64,000 bases of DNA, taken from assembly GCA_963728565.1 (NCBI GenBank), contig CAVSLC010000010.1, positions 32,001 through 96,000 on the forward strand, in the 5' to 3' direction. Shown here one piece after another: positions 1 through 9,356 of this stretch (positions are counted from its first letter, which is position 1; each line of letters starts with the position of its first letter). Made by a program: the position numbers and the translations under genes. Source of the DNA: an uncultured delta proteobacterium (GTDB lineage: Bacteria > Desulfobacterota > Binatia > UBA9968). Under the pieces are notes generated by a model. That model was not told where the DNA came from. It made no database searches and saw only the letters and a list, made by a program, of their open reading frames with translations.

Positions 1-1681
1 GTGACCGGAGGTCGGCGATATTGCCGCTGGCGAGTCCGGATAGTTCGAGGGAACCCGAACCTTGCTGATTTGCTAAAGCGAGCCAGGGCGTCAGATTCGC
101 TGACCGCACAACATAATCGAGCCTGCCGCTTTGTTTTGTCTCCAGACCGACGTCGCCCTTCACTGTAAGAATCGAATCCTCCGTTCTGGCAGTTGCGAGG
201 ATAATCTGAAGCCGCTGCTGCGCCAGACTGGCTACGAGAGAACCTTGTTGCACCTTCACCGGCCCAATCGTAGACGGCAAAATTTTCAGCTCGGTGCGGA
301 CGATGACGTCATGCTGGGTGAGTCCGGCCCCTTTGAGGGTGCCTTTAAAATTGAGGTTTCCCTCGAGGCCAGCTGCACCGCTCACGGTTTTTTGGATATC
401 AAGGTTATCTACCGATAGCGCCAGATCGTACGCCGGTTTATCTTTGAAAGAGATCTCGCCGTTCCATGAGGCGCCGCCGATCTTGCTCTTGAGTCTTCCG
501 GCGATGGTGGCCACGTTTTCGCGCAGGCGGCCGTCGATCGAAATATCTCCCAAGGTCCATCCACCAACCACCGCAGATTGCATCTTGATCACGCCTTTGG
601 CATCGACACCGGAAAGCTCAAGACCACTGGCTTGGCCTTCGATGCTGGCGTTCAGAACCCCCGCCACATCGTTCCTGCCGAGTAACGTCCTTACATCAAA
701 GCCGGTTAAGGTTATCGTTCCACGATAGCGCGGCGTCTCCTGCGCGGTTTCGATCTGGAGGCTCGCCGCCAACCTGGCGCTCGCCGCGGCTAGATTGAGA
801 TCGACGACCAGCGCATCGAGCGGTCCGTTGATGCTGATGGCCCCAGCGACATCTCGTCTAAGCGGCCAGTCGGCAAAGAAACGGCCAATGTCGTGCGGGG
901 CAAGCCTTTCCACGGCGATTTTCGCGTCCACGTTAACGGCCTGGAGATCGGTGAGTTTGCCGCTCACTCTCGCGTGCGACTCTCCCGTGCTTACCAGAAG
1001 ATTCGCTACTTCAAACGTGTCGGTACCGGCGGTCTCATGGTAGACCATCGCTCCATTTACGCTGAGTTCCGGCAGGCCCGGCGTACTAAGGCGCGATGCA
1101 ACGCGGCTGAGGTCGATGGTGACGTTTTTGGGTTGAACATGGATCCGGCCTTCGAGACTCAGGTCATCGAGAGAATAGTTTTGTGGTTTTGGACCCGCAA
1201 GGCTCAGATCGACATGTCCCTCGCGCAAGGCAATTGAATTCAACAGCACCACGAGCCCGGAATCTTCCTCGCTCTGTGGCTGTCTTGGGGAAAAAGCTTG
1301 CACGATGTTCAGCTGATTATCTTCATCACGTCTCAAACGAAGCGTCGGCCGGCTGCCTGTGAGTTGAAAAATGTGCAAGCGACCCCATATCAGTGGGAAT
1401 AGTGAGTAGGAAATCGTCAGTTCGTGCACCTCGAGAATCTCAGCGCCCTCGTGACGTACGACGACATCATGCAGAATAACATTGCCCCAGATAGAGCCGT
1501 CGATTCCGCCTAAACTTATGGAGCCCACGATCGTATCGTTGATCGCCGTCACCAGTTTATCGCGGACAAATTCACGAAACCGATCGGTGTGAGAAATGGC
1601 TGCTACCGCAATGACGAGGATGAGCAGCAAAAACGCGAGCCCAAGACCGATTCGACGGATGATGGCCAGTACCCTTCTCAT
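1..1681 (-). CDS. tamB: TamB/AsmA-like translocation and assembly module protein (5' part; runs off window edge)
   Basis: Manual translation from ATG 1681: MRRVLAIIRRIGLGLAFLLLILVIAVAA (signal anchor), then beta-rich repeats. Frame is open to the edge and starts 2 bp after the TamA-like gene. Confidence 0.8.
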   Translation of the reverse strand, partial: MRRVLAIIRRIGLGLAFLLLILVIAVAAISHTDRFREFVRDKLVTAINDTIVGSISLGGIDGSIWGNVILHDVVVRHEGAEILEVHELTISYSLFPLIWGRLHIFQLTGSRPTLRLRRDEDNQLNIVQAFSPRQPQSEEDSGLVVLLNSIALREGHVDLSLAGPKPQNYSLDDLSLEGRIHVQPKNVTIDLSRVASRLSTPGLPELSVNGAMVYHETAGTDTFEVANLLVSTGESHARVSGKLTDLQAVNVDAKIAVERLAPHDIGRFFADWPLRRDVAGAISINGPLDALVVDLNLAAASARLAASLQIETAQETPRYRGTITLTGFDVRTLLGRNDVAGVLNASIEGQASGLELSGVDAKGVIKMQSAVVGGWTLGDISIDGRLRENVATIAGRLKSKIGGASWNGEISFKDKPAYDLALSVDNLDIQKTVSGAAGLEGNLNFKGTLKGAGLTQHDVIVRTELKILPSTIGPVKVQQGSLVASLAQQRLQIILATARTEDSILTVKGDVGLETKQSGRLDYVVRSANLTPWLALANQQGSGSLELSGLASGNIADLRS

Positions 1682-1683
1682 GG

Positions 1684-3516
1684 TTAGAAGGCAGCTCCTA
1701 CACTGAAGTGAATTTGCCAAGGGCGATCGCCGCGCGGGGGATCGAAAGGAAAACCTATATCTAGCCGCAACGGTCCTATAGGAGTGGTATAACTCAGGCC
1801 GAAGCCGGTTGAGAACCGTAGATCATTGACGGGAATGTCAAAGGTTTTCAACGACACCTGCCCAAAGTCGACAAATACGGCCCCGCCTAGCTCTCGCCAC
1901 ACTGGACGACGTAGCTCCAGCGAACCCTCAATCAGGCTGAGGCCGCCGAGCGGTTCATCGGCGCTGTTGAGCGGGCCGAGCCGGCGTCTTTCAAAACCGC
2001 GGACACTGCTCTGGCCGCCGGCGAAAAAGCGTTCGAACAAAGGATAGTTCTTTTTTGAACCGATCGCATCGGCAACTCCGAGCTTTAAACGTCCGGCCAG
2101 GATCGTTTCCCACCCGATCGCAAGATACTTTTTTGCCTCGCTTCTCAACTTGAAGAATCCATATTGGCCACCCCAGATGGCGCCCCCTTGATCCGCACTT
2201 ATCGACACTATCTCGCCTCGGGTGGGCTGGAACAGGTCATCCGTGCTGTTCCAAACCAGGCCCAAGCTGGGACCCGTCAAAATCCCTTTGGTTCTGATTT
2301 CACCGAGTGCCTGGGACGTCGCTGCTGACACCTCGGTAAGTTTATTATTCTCGATGCGATAGTCCGCAAAACCGAGAAGCCTGCGGGAGAAGCGATGCTC
2401 AAGCCGTCCCGAAAAACGAGTCGCGGTGCGATGGAAGGTTTCTTCTTCTTCATATTCGTGGCGCAGGTTGAGCCCGCCTTGGGTGCGCCGTGTGAGAAAG
2501 TGAGGCTGGATAAAATCGATCGCGCCGCTGGCGATTATCGAAGAGTATTTTCCTCGGATCGACAAACGCCTTCCGTCGCCGAGCCAATTTTGGTGGCGCC
2601 AATCCAGAGAGACTCGGAATTCCTCCTCGGTGCTGTAGCCGATTCCGAAACTGAGTTCCCGGGGCGGTTTTTCACTAACTTGAACTTCCATGGGAACCAC
2701 TGTCGAGGTTCCGGCGCCTTCCTGAGGGTTTATTCGCAGCGCGCTGAACAGGTCCAGTGCCAAGATTTGCTGCCGTGATTCACTGATTTTTGTCAGTGAA
2801 AAGGTTTCTCCGGGCCGGTAGGCGAGTTCTCTTAGAATCAGATACGGCTCGATTTCTTGGATTCCTTTGACTTCGGTTTCACCAAACACCGCCTTGGGTC
2901 CGGGCTGCGCCGAGTAGCGGATACGAACTTGATGTTGATCGAGGTCAACCTCGGCGCGGCGTTGTGTTTGGGCGTGTGCGTGGCCGTTGTCCATTAGATA
3001 ATTGCGCAGCAGTAGTTCCCCATCCTGATATTCCTGCTCCTTGAAAATTTCGCCGAGCGTGACGGGAAGTTTCTCCGGCAAACGCGGATTATCTTGCTCC
3101 GTCGGCCCAGTCTCGATCCTTACCACGACCTGCGAGATGACCACCGGACGATTTTCTTCCACGAAAACCCGCGGGCTGACGAGACCCCGGGTCTCATCCA
3201 CCGCGAGATCGTGAGTAATACGGCTTCGGTAATATCCCTCTGCTTCATAGAACCGGCCCAATCGGGCCAGGTCGGTCGCGAACGTGACAGGGTCGAAGAG
3301 CGGCCGCTCTTCCCAAAATCGATACCAGGGACGTGATTGCGTGATCATTTCCGCCATAAGTTGGCTGTCGGAAAAATGGTCGTTGCCTGAAATCTCGATT
3401 TTATCGACCCGCCATTCGCGGCTCGGGTCGAGCGCTTCGACTTGAATGGCGGAAGCGCGGCACGTCAACAGCAGCCACATCGATATCGCAGAGAACAAAC
3501 AGGGTATGAATTTCAT
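1684..3516 (-). CDS. tamA: Omp85-family outer membrane protein, TamA/BamA-like
   Basis: Signal peptide, POTRA-like segments, FFAGGQSSVRGF motif, YTTPIGPLRLDIG and C-terminal Phe; adjacent to a TamB-like gene. Confidence 0.88.
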   Translation of the reverse strand: MKFIPCLFSAISMWLLLTCRASAIQVEALDPSREWRVDKIEISGNDHFSDSQLMAEMITQSRPWYRFWEERPLFDPVTFATDLARLGRFYEAEGYYRSRITHDLAVDETRGLVSPRVFVEENRPVVISQVVVRIETGPTEQDNPRLPEKLPVTLGEIFKEQEYQDGELLLRNYLMDNGHAHAQTQRRAEVDLDQHQVRIRYSAQPGPKAVFGETEVKGIQEIEPYLILRELAYRPGETFSLTKISESRQQILALDLFSALRINPQEGAGTSTVVPMEVQVSEKPPRELSFGIGYSTEEEFRVSLDWRHQNWLGDGRRLSIRGKYSSIIASGAIDFIQPHFLTRRTQGGLNLRHEYEEEETFHRTATRFSGRLEHRFSRRLLGFADYRIENNKLTEVSAATSQALGEIRTKGILTGPSLGLVWNSTDDLFQPTRGEIVSISADQGGAIWGGQYGFFKLRSEAKKYLAIGWETILAGRLKLGVADAIGSKKNYPLFERFFAGGQSSVRGFERRRLGPLNSADEPLGGLSLIEGSLELRRPVWRELGGAVFVDFGQVSLKTFDIPVNDLRFSTGFGLSYTTPIGPLRLDIGFPFDPPRGDRPWQIHFSVGAAF

Positions 3517-3916
3517 TTCCAGCTAATCTCGAAGCCCAGTTCTCAACAAACACCGTGATCAACCCAGGTGAATTGTTCGCTTTCTTGCCTTGGCTGCTGC
3601 GCGGTTATCGCTCCATCGTTTACAAGCGTTCTCCACGGGCAGATTCGGTTCATTTAAGTTTCCACCCTTTTTTCCCGTGCTCAATAGGCTCGCAGCCGGC
3701 GCACCATGCGCATCCCGACAGAATTGATCCGGCCGTGCCTTTCTCGATCGAGGCTCCGCTGATCATTCCAGTGTGTCCGAATGATTGGAGCTCGAAGCCG
3801 GGTGGGCTGTGAAAGTGCTGACAAAAGGCCGGCAAGGCTGCTGAGAACGCGGTCGTGTGTTCTGACTCTATCGATGCGATCGAGGAATCGGCTTAATCGC
3901 CATCCATGGACATGGC

Positions 3917-4288
3917 CTATTCCCGATAAGCGATCGTGCTGAGTAAAGCGTTTTCTGCTTGACGAGAATCGAGGCGTGTGTGCTGTACCACGATCGGCAC
4001 GTCGGATTCGATGACGCTGGCAAAATCGGTAGCCGGCGGAATGTTTTCCGGATCCCTCAAATCGTTAAATCGCACGTGCTTCGTCCGGCGCGCCGCTACT
4101 GTAATCGCATAGGGGCCGGCAGGTTCGCGATCAGAGAAGAAGACGGTAATGAGGACGTGAGCATCCTGATCCGCGGTGTTGAGCAAGCAGACGGTCTCAT
4201 GGCTGGTGAATTCAGGCTCGGGACCGTTGCTCCAGCCGGGAATATAGCCCTCCGGGATTGCCCAAAGCCTCGCTCCGATTGCCTTCAT
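3917..4288 (-). CDS. Sensory rhodopsin transducer (ASRT)-family protein
   Basis: IGxxxWAIPEGYIP...SHETVCLLN...RRTKHVRFNDL...VPIVVQHTRLDSRQAENALLSTIAY signature; AGGAGA RBS. Confidence 0.9.
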   Translation of the reverse strand: MKAIGARLWAIPEGYIPGWSNGPEPEFTSHETVCLLNTADQDAHVLITVFFSDREPAGPYAITVAARRTKHVRFNDLRDPENIPPATDFASVIESDVPIVVQHTRLDSRQAENALLSTIAYRE

Positions 4289-4313
4289 GTGTCTCTCCTA
4301 AACAGCGCAAAAC

Positions 4314-4328
4314 GCAACCAGCATGCCA
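4314..4328 (-). promoter_or_regulatory. sigma54 -24/-12 promoter (TGGCATGCTGGTTGC)
   Basis: GG-N10-GC, 26 bp upstream of the ASRT start. Confidence 0.75.
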
Positions 4329-4530
4329 GTACGAGTTGCGATTCGTCTTCAAAAAAGTGCTTTGTCCCAGGCGGTATTCACCCTCGCGCGAGACGGCAGC
4401 CCCGTCGTGTGCTAAGCTGAAGTGTCGTATCTTGATTTATCAATAAGATAGTTAAATGATGACCCAGATTAAAGAGATCTAATCGAAATTTGCATCAACC
4501 CGGTGAGTTGACTGCAAAGATAAGGGCGCA

Positions 4531-6141
4531 ATGTCTGCGAACAAACCAGCGATTCAAAGCCACACTTGTCCGCCGCCGCTCGATGAGAAAGTCCTGGTGT
4601 CACTGTACCAAGGGATTCCTGAGGCGATCATCGTTATCGAGTTTAAGTCGCGCTGTATCGTTTATTGGAATGAGGGAGCAACCTTGTTGTTTGGCTATTC
4701 GGCTCAGGAGGTCTTGCAGCAGACCACCGAACGGCTGTATCTCGACAAAAATTGGTTCGATCGTGTCTATCAAACCTCGATTCCCGACCTTGAGCAAAGC
4801 GGCTGCTGGCGCGGTGAATGGCAGTATCGCCGCCGTGACGGATCGCTTTTTGCCGCGGAAGCAACGTGCACGCTTCTGCAAACTGATAAAGGCGTCTACG
4901 TCGTTAAAGTGATTCGAGAAGTTACCGAACGCAACGAGGCTGAGAAGATTATTCTCCAATTGAATCAGCGTTTGGCGCAGCGCGTGATCGAACAAACATC
5001 CGAGTTGATGTCGAAAACAGAGGAGCTTCAGCACGAGGAGGCGCAACGCAAGCAGGTCGAGCAAATCCTCGGGAATTTGCTCCGCAACATCACCAACTAT
5101 GCGGTACTGATATCCGATGCCGATGGCCGCATCGTTGACTGGAACCGCACCGCAACCCGCATTCTGGGCCGCGAGAGTGACGATATGACCGACCAGCGGT
5201 TGTCGGTTTTTTTTGCCGATCAGGAAGGAAGACAGGCGTTAATAAAAAAGGCGCTTGATGAGGCTAGTGATCAAGGAACATTTCGCGACTACCAACTGTT
5301 GGTGCGCAAAGACGGCTCACAGTTTTATGCCAGAGTCATTGTCTTTGCGCTACGTGACGATGCCGACGGTTTGCAGGGCTTCTTGATTTTGTTGCGCGAT
5401 GACTCGCAGGAACGAAATTTGAGGGAGAAATTACGGGAAAAGGAACATCTGGCGGCGATTGGAACCGCGGCATCCATGCTGGCGCATGAGATTGGCAATC
5501 CGCTGAACGGCATTTCCACCACAGTCCAACTGCTGGAGCGATTTATTAGTCGAGAGGGCACCAAAGCTCCGCCGCACATGCTCGCCACGTTGAAGGATTT
5601 GAAGAGTGAGATCGACCGGCTTACTTCTCTGCTGAACGAATTCAAAACCATTGCCCGACCTCAGAAACTTAGTCTTCAGCCGGTGCAACTCGCCAGCGTC
5701 GTTCAAGAAACGATCTCGGGGTTGGATATGGACGGCAAAGAGGACGTTCAGATTGTGTGGGAGTGCTCGCCGGATCTGCCGCCAATACGCGGCGACGGGG
5801 CAAAACTCAAACAGGCGTTACTCAATCTTTTTAAAAATGCCGTAGAGGCGATGCCATACGGCGGTACTTTGTCTGTAAAAGGATACTTGAGCGGCGGCTC
5901 GATCTGCATCGATGTCAGTGACACCGGTATGGGTATTCCCGATGATCTTAAGGTTTTTGATCTGTTCAGCTCGACCAAGCCGCACGGCACCGGGTTAGGG
6001 TTGTTCATTGTGCAGCAAATTATCCTTGCCCACGATGGCGTAGTTTCTTACGCCAGCACAGTAGGCAAGGGCACCACCTTCCACCTGACCTTACCAGCCA
6101 ACGTGACAGCGGAAGCCGCTGCGGACATTCGCCGCAACTAG
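4531..6141 (+). CDS. Cytoplasmic two-PAS sensor histidine kinase
   Basis: Two PAS/PAC regions (WNEGATLLFGY...RRRDGS; WNRTATRILG...VRKDGS), H-box AHEIGNPL, N-box NLFKNAVEA, DTGMGI, GTGLGL. Confidence 0.93.
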   Translation: MSANKPAIQSHTCPPPLDEKVLVSLYQGIPEAIIVIEFKSRCIVYWNEGATLLFGYSAQEVLQQTTERLYLDKNWFDRVYQTSIPDLEQSGCWRGEWQYRRRDGSLFAAEATCTLLQTDKGVYVVKVIREVTERNEAEKIILQLNQRLAQRVIEQTSELMSKTEELQHEEAQRKQVEQILGNLLRNITNYAVLISDADGRIVDWNRTATRILGRESDDMTDQRLSVFFADQEGRQALIKKALDEASDQGTFRDYQLLVRKDGSQFYARVIVFALRDDADGLQGFLILLRDDSQERNLREKLREKEHLAAIGTAASMLAHEIGNPLNGISTTVQLLERFISREGTKAPPHMLATLKDLKSEIDRLTSLLNEFKTIARPQKLSLQPVQLASVVQETISGLDMDGKEDVQIVWECSPDLPPIRGDGAKLKQALLNLFKNAVEAMPYGGTLSVKGYLSGGSICIDVSDTGMGIPDDLKVFDLFSSTKPHGTGLGLFIVQQIILAHDGVVSYASTVGKGTTFHLTLPANVTAEAAADIRRN

Positions 6142-6172
6142 CTTCCGCCGACACGCTGCCAAAATCCTTGGA

Positions 6173-6604
6173 TTACTCGGAGCCGAGGCGACCTTCAAGC
6201 TCTTCGTCTTTGAATGGCAGTCGCTCGACATCTCCATTTGTCCCTAGCATTCGCTGTCTCTTCTCCACGGCGGTGGCGCAATCGATGCAGAGCGCTGCTG
6301 TCGGCATCGCCTTAAGCCGACCGGTACCGATATCATTGCCGCATCGTTCACATTCGCCGAAAGTTCCCGCATCGATTCGTTCAAGAGCATCGTCGATCTG
6401 GCGCAGCAGGGTCTGGCCCCGCTCCGTCAGGCGACTCTCCAAGCGAGTCATGCGATCCTTTTGCGCGCTCTCTTCGAGCTCGCTCTCACGATCTTCTAAC
6501 GATGGTTCGACTTCGTTCTGGCTGCCGACAATTTCTTGCAGCAGCAGAGATGATCGTTTGCGCCGCAAAGTCGCGCCGAGTTCCTTGGCCAATCGGTTGT
6601 TCAT
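6173..6604 (-). CDS. TraR/DksA C4 zinc-finger protein
   Basis: Coiled coil then IDDALERIDAGTFGECERC...RLKAMPTAALCIDC; start chosen at MNNR (GGGAGA RBS). Confidence 0.88.
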   Translation of the reverse strand: MNNRLAKELGATLRRKRSSLLLQEIVGSQNEVEPSLEDRESELEESAQKDRMTRLESRLTERGQTLLRQIDDALERIDAGTFGECERCGNDIGTGRLKAMPTAALCIDCATAVEKRQRMLGTNGDVERLPFKDEELEGRLGSE

Positions 6605-6809
6605 GGAAGTTCTCCCTTGGTTCGCATGATGAAGGATGAGCGCCGAGATGGTAACTGCGACAACGTCACGAGTCATCCTTCTTAGTTATTTTTGCCTCGT
6701 GTCGCCGCTCTCACCGCAAGCCTGATTGCGCGCGCAACGTTAGGCTGCTTCGAGTGCGCGTTACTTGGTTTCAAACGTAAAGCTTCCTCTAAAAGAGGGA
6801 GGTTCGTGT

Positions 6810-6824
6810 GCAAAGCGAGGGCCA
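6810..6824 (-). promoter_or_regulatory. Probable sigma54 promoter (TGGCCCTCGCTTTGC)
   Basis: GG-N10-GC about 200 bp upstream of the DksA-like gene; -24 box less canonical. Confidence 0.55.
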
Positions 6825-7079
6825 AGGATAGGCAGGCGCGCCTTGAAGCTCGTGGTTCATCACTGATGATACAGAAGCACGAAGTGCAGCGCTTAGGGAA
6901 TCAGGCTTACGTGTTTCAACGTCCTAGAGTTGGCATACTAGTCGAGTTCGTCGTCCCACGAGTGGGAAGAGAACATCCGGCGCAGTAATTTGTTTGAGTT
7001 CTCCGTTCTTGTGAAGCTCAACAGAACACAACTGCCTCTAGGCATCAAATGCCTCCACGAAAAAAAATTTTACTCATCG

Positions 7080-7094
7080 TGGCATTTCAATTGC
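7080..7094 (+). promoter_or_regulatory. sigma54 promoter (TGGCATTTCAATTGC)
   Basis: GG-N10-GC about 50 bp upstream of ATG 7145. Confidence 0.78.
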
Positions 7095-7144
7095 GTTTGT
7101 CTATGCCGCAGTACGGTAAAGATAATCAGACAAGGGGCAAACAG

Positions 7145-7906
7145 ATGGGAACGATCGCCGGAATTTTCAATTCGAGTAAGGAAGCCGAACGGGCCTTTTC
7201 GGCGCTGCAAACTGAGGCGGGCTTTAGCAATGAAGAAATTGTGCTGCTGGCTCCCGGAAGCTCCGCAAAAGAGCTCGATGCGGTCCCGACCGATGAAGGT
7301 GAGCAGCCCGGTATGGGACGGGCAATCGGTGGCGTGGTTGGCGGCGCGGTTGGGCTCGCCGCCGGAAGTGTTGTCGCGAACCTGGTTTTGCCGGGTGTCG
7401 GTACCATACTGGCGATTGGGTTAGGTGCCGGAGCGTTTGGAATCGGCGGCGCAGTGGCTGGCGCGGCAACCGGCGGCGCGCTTGAGAACCAGCTTTCATC
7501 GGGGCTGCCCAAGGATGAGCTGTTCTTTTATGAAGATGCTTTGAGGCAGGGCCGCACCGTACTGATTGGCACGTCCACAGACGACGAGGCGATTGAAAAA
7601 GGGCGGTCTGCGATCGAACGAAATGGCGCTGAGAGCATCGATGCTGCGCGTGACAAGTGGTGGATCGGACTGCGTGATGCAGAAGCAGCGCAGTTTGATG
7701 CACCGGACGCCTTTCGAGAAAACGAAGGTCTCTATCGCAGTGGCTTTGAAACAGCTCTCCATCCTGATTACCGCGGTAAAGCCTATGAAGCTGCGGTACC
7801 GAAGCTGCGCGAGTTGCGGCCGGATATTTGTGAGGACGAAACGTTTCGCCGCGGTTACGAGCGCGGTCGCGCCTATTACGCCGCCCGAGAAAAGACTACC
7901 CCATAA
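7145..7906 (+). CDS. General stress protein (YflT/17M-like N-terminus, glycine-zipper membrane segment)
   Basis: TIAGIFNSSKEAERAFSAL...GFSNEEI, long Gly/Ala hydrophobic zipper, GLPKDELFFYEDALRQGRTV. Confidence 0.75.
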   Translation: MGTIAGIFNSSKEAERAFSALQTEAGFSNEEIVLLAPGSSAKELDAVPTDEGEQPGMGRAIGGVVGGAVGLAAGSVVANLVLPGVGTILAIGLGAGAFGIGGAVAGAATGGALENQLSSGLPKDELFFYEDALRQGRTVLIGTSTDDEAIEKGRSAIERNGAESIDAARDKWWIGLRDAEAAQFDAPDAFRENEGLYRSGFETALHPDYRGKAYEAAVPKLRELRPDICEDETFRRGYERGRAYYAAREKTTP

Positions 7907-8153
7907 TACTCGCCGCACGACGATATCGCCAGGAAGTGCGCTGGAAGCCAGTCGTCTCATACATCATCCGATGATCCGCCTTTCTTTGCCGCGTAGAAGC
8001 GCGCTCAGGCCCTGCATGTAGCTGATCTGAGAAAATGTCTCGTTCGCTGTGTCGCAATCGCTACAGCTCGACCGCTATCGTGTCCGTTAGCTGAACTCAG
8101 CGCCCTAAGGTGTTCAATAGGTGAGTCGCCGGAATGCGCTACCTCGGCGGTGC

Positions 8154-8168
8154 TGGCATATCGATTGC
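8154..8168 (+). promoter_or_regulatory. sigma54 promoter (TGGCATATCGATTGC)
   Basis: GG-N10-GC 47 bp upstream of ATG 8215. Confidence 0.8.
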
Positions 8169-8214
8169 TCTACTTACCTCGGTGCGATCGAACACAACCC
8201 GAGGAGGAATCAAT

Positions 8215-8988
8215 ATGAAAGTGCGCTATCTGATGTTAACAGCTGCTGTGCTAATCGCCCCTGCGCCGGTACTGGCCGCAGACGGCGCCGCCAAAAAAGG
8301 CGCTAGCGATCAAAGCCGTTACAGTGATCGTGACATGAGAAAAAATTATGACGATGAAGAGCAGAAACTGGAGCAGGCGCTGAAGGCCGGACAGGACAAG
8401 AACTTTTACCGCCGCGAGCTGGAGAAGATGGGTTATCAAATTACCTCAATTAATTATGACAAACCGGATTATGTCGAATACGAGATCGTCAAAGGCAACA
8501 ATTCCTATGAGGCACAGCTCGATTTTGACAAAAGCGGTAAAGCCACAAAAGTCGACATTGCTCCGAATTTGTGGCGCACGGATTCTACCAAGGCCGCTTT
8601 GCGAGGAAAAAAGGTTTCCGCGCCAAAGGGCGCGATAGCTAACCCTGAACGTTACAGCGACCGGGATCGGCGCAAGGCTTACGACAGCGAGGAGGAGAAG
8701 CTGGAGAAGACACTGAAGACCGGCGAAACCAAGCAGAGCTATCGGAGCCAGCTCGAGAAGATGGGTTACAAGATCACGTCCGTCAATGCTGACAAGCCCG
8801 ATTACGTAGAGTACGAGATCGTCAAAGGCAACGACACCTACGAGGTGCAGATCGATTTTGACAAGAACAGCGGCAAGGCCACCAAAGTCGACGTGACTTC
8901 GAATTTGTGGCAAGCGGAGGCAACGGACAAAGCGCTGAGCCAGAGACGAGAAAAAAGTGACAACCGGCAGGCGAAGCCGGAGAAATAA
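8215..8988 (+). CDS. Secreted protein with two tandem PepSY-like repeats
   Basis: GGAGGA RBS, signal peptide ending VLA, two ~105-aa copies of RYSDRD..YD.EE.KLE..LK.G....LEKMGY.ITS.N.DKPDYVEYEIVKGN..YE.Q.DFDK.GKATKVD. Confidence 0.75.
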   Translation: MKVRYLMLTAAVLIAPAPVLAADGAAKKGASDQSRYSDRDMRKNYDDEEQKLEQALKAGQDKNFYRRELEKMGYQITSINYDKPDYVEYEIVKGNNSYEAQLDFDKSGKATKVDIAPNLWRTDSTKAALRGKKVSAPKGAIANPERYSDRDRRKAYDSEEEKLEKTLKTGETKQSYRSQLEKMGYKITSVNADKPDYVEYEIVKGNDTYEVQIDFDKNSGKATKVDVTSNLWQAEATDKALSQRREKSDNRQAKPEK

Positions 8989-9158
8989 CAAGCTAAGCGG
9001 TGACCAATTGCCAGTCGCGGACGAACGGTTCTGAAAGCGGGAGAGTTGCGCGGCGGGACTTTAACAGAGCGCGCAACGGCGGGTCCGAATTGACGATGGC
9101 ATGAACAGCTATGCCGAAGCGATAGGAGCGTCTGAATCAGCAACCATGGAGGACGAAC

Positions 9159-9311
9159 ATGAGCACTCTTCTAGTCATCATTCTTATACTCTTGCTTATC
9201 GGCGCTCTCCCGACATGGCCGTACAGCGGCGGTTGGGGATATTATCCTAGCGGCGGTCTTGGCCTTATATTATTGATTATCATCATCCTAGCGTTGATGG
9301 GCCGCCTATGA
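9159..9311 (+). CDS. DUF3309 small membrane protein (50 aa; absent from ORF track)
   Basis: MSTLLVIILILLLIGALPTWPYSGGWGYYPSGGLGLILLIIIILALMGRL; GGAGGA RBS. Confidence 0.92.
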   Translation: MSTLLVIILILLLIGALPTWPYSGGWGYYPSGGLGLILLIIIILALMGRL

Positions 9312-9356
9312 TCGCTAACTGAATGCCGCTGGCGACGGTGACGCCATTTTCTGATT

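Noticed and set aside
9097-9116. TGGCATG upstream of DUF3309 as a sigma54 promoter
   Set aside because: No GC at the required -12 spacing.
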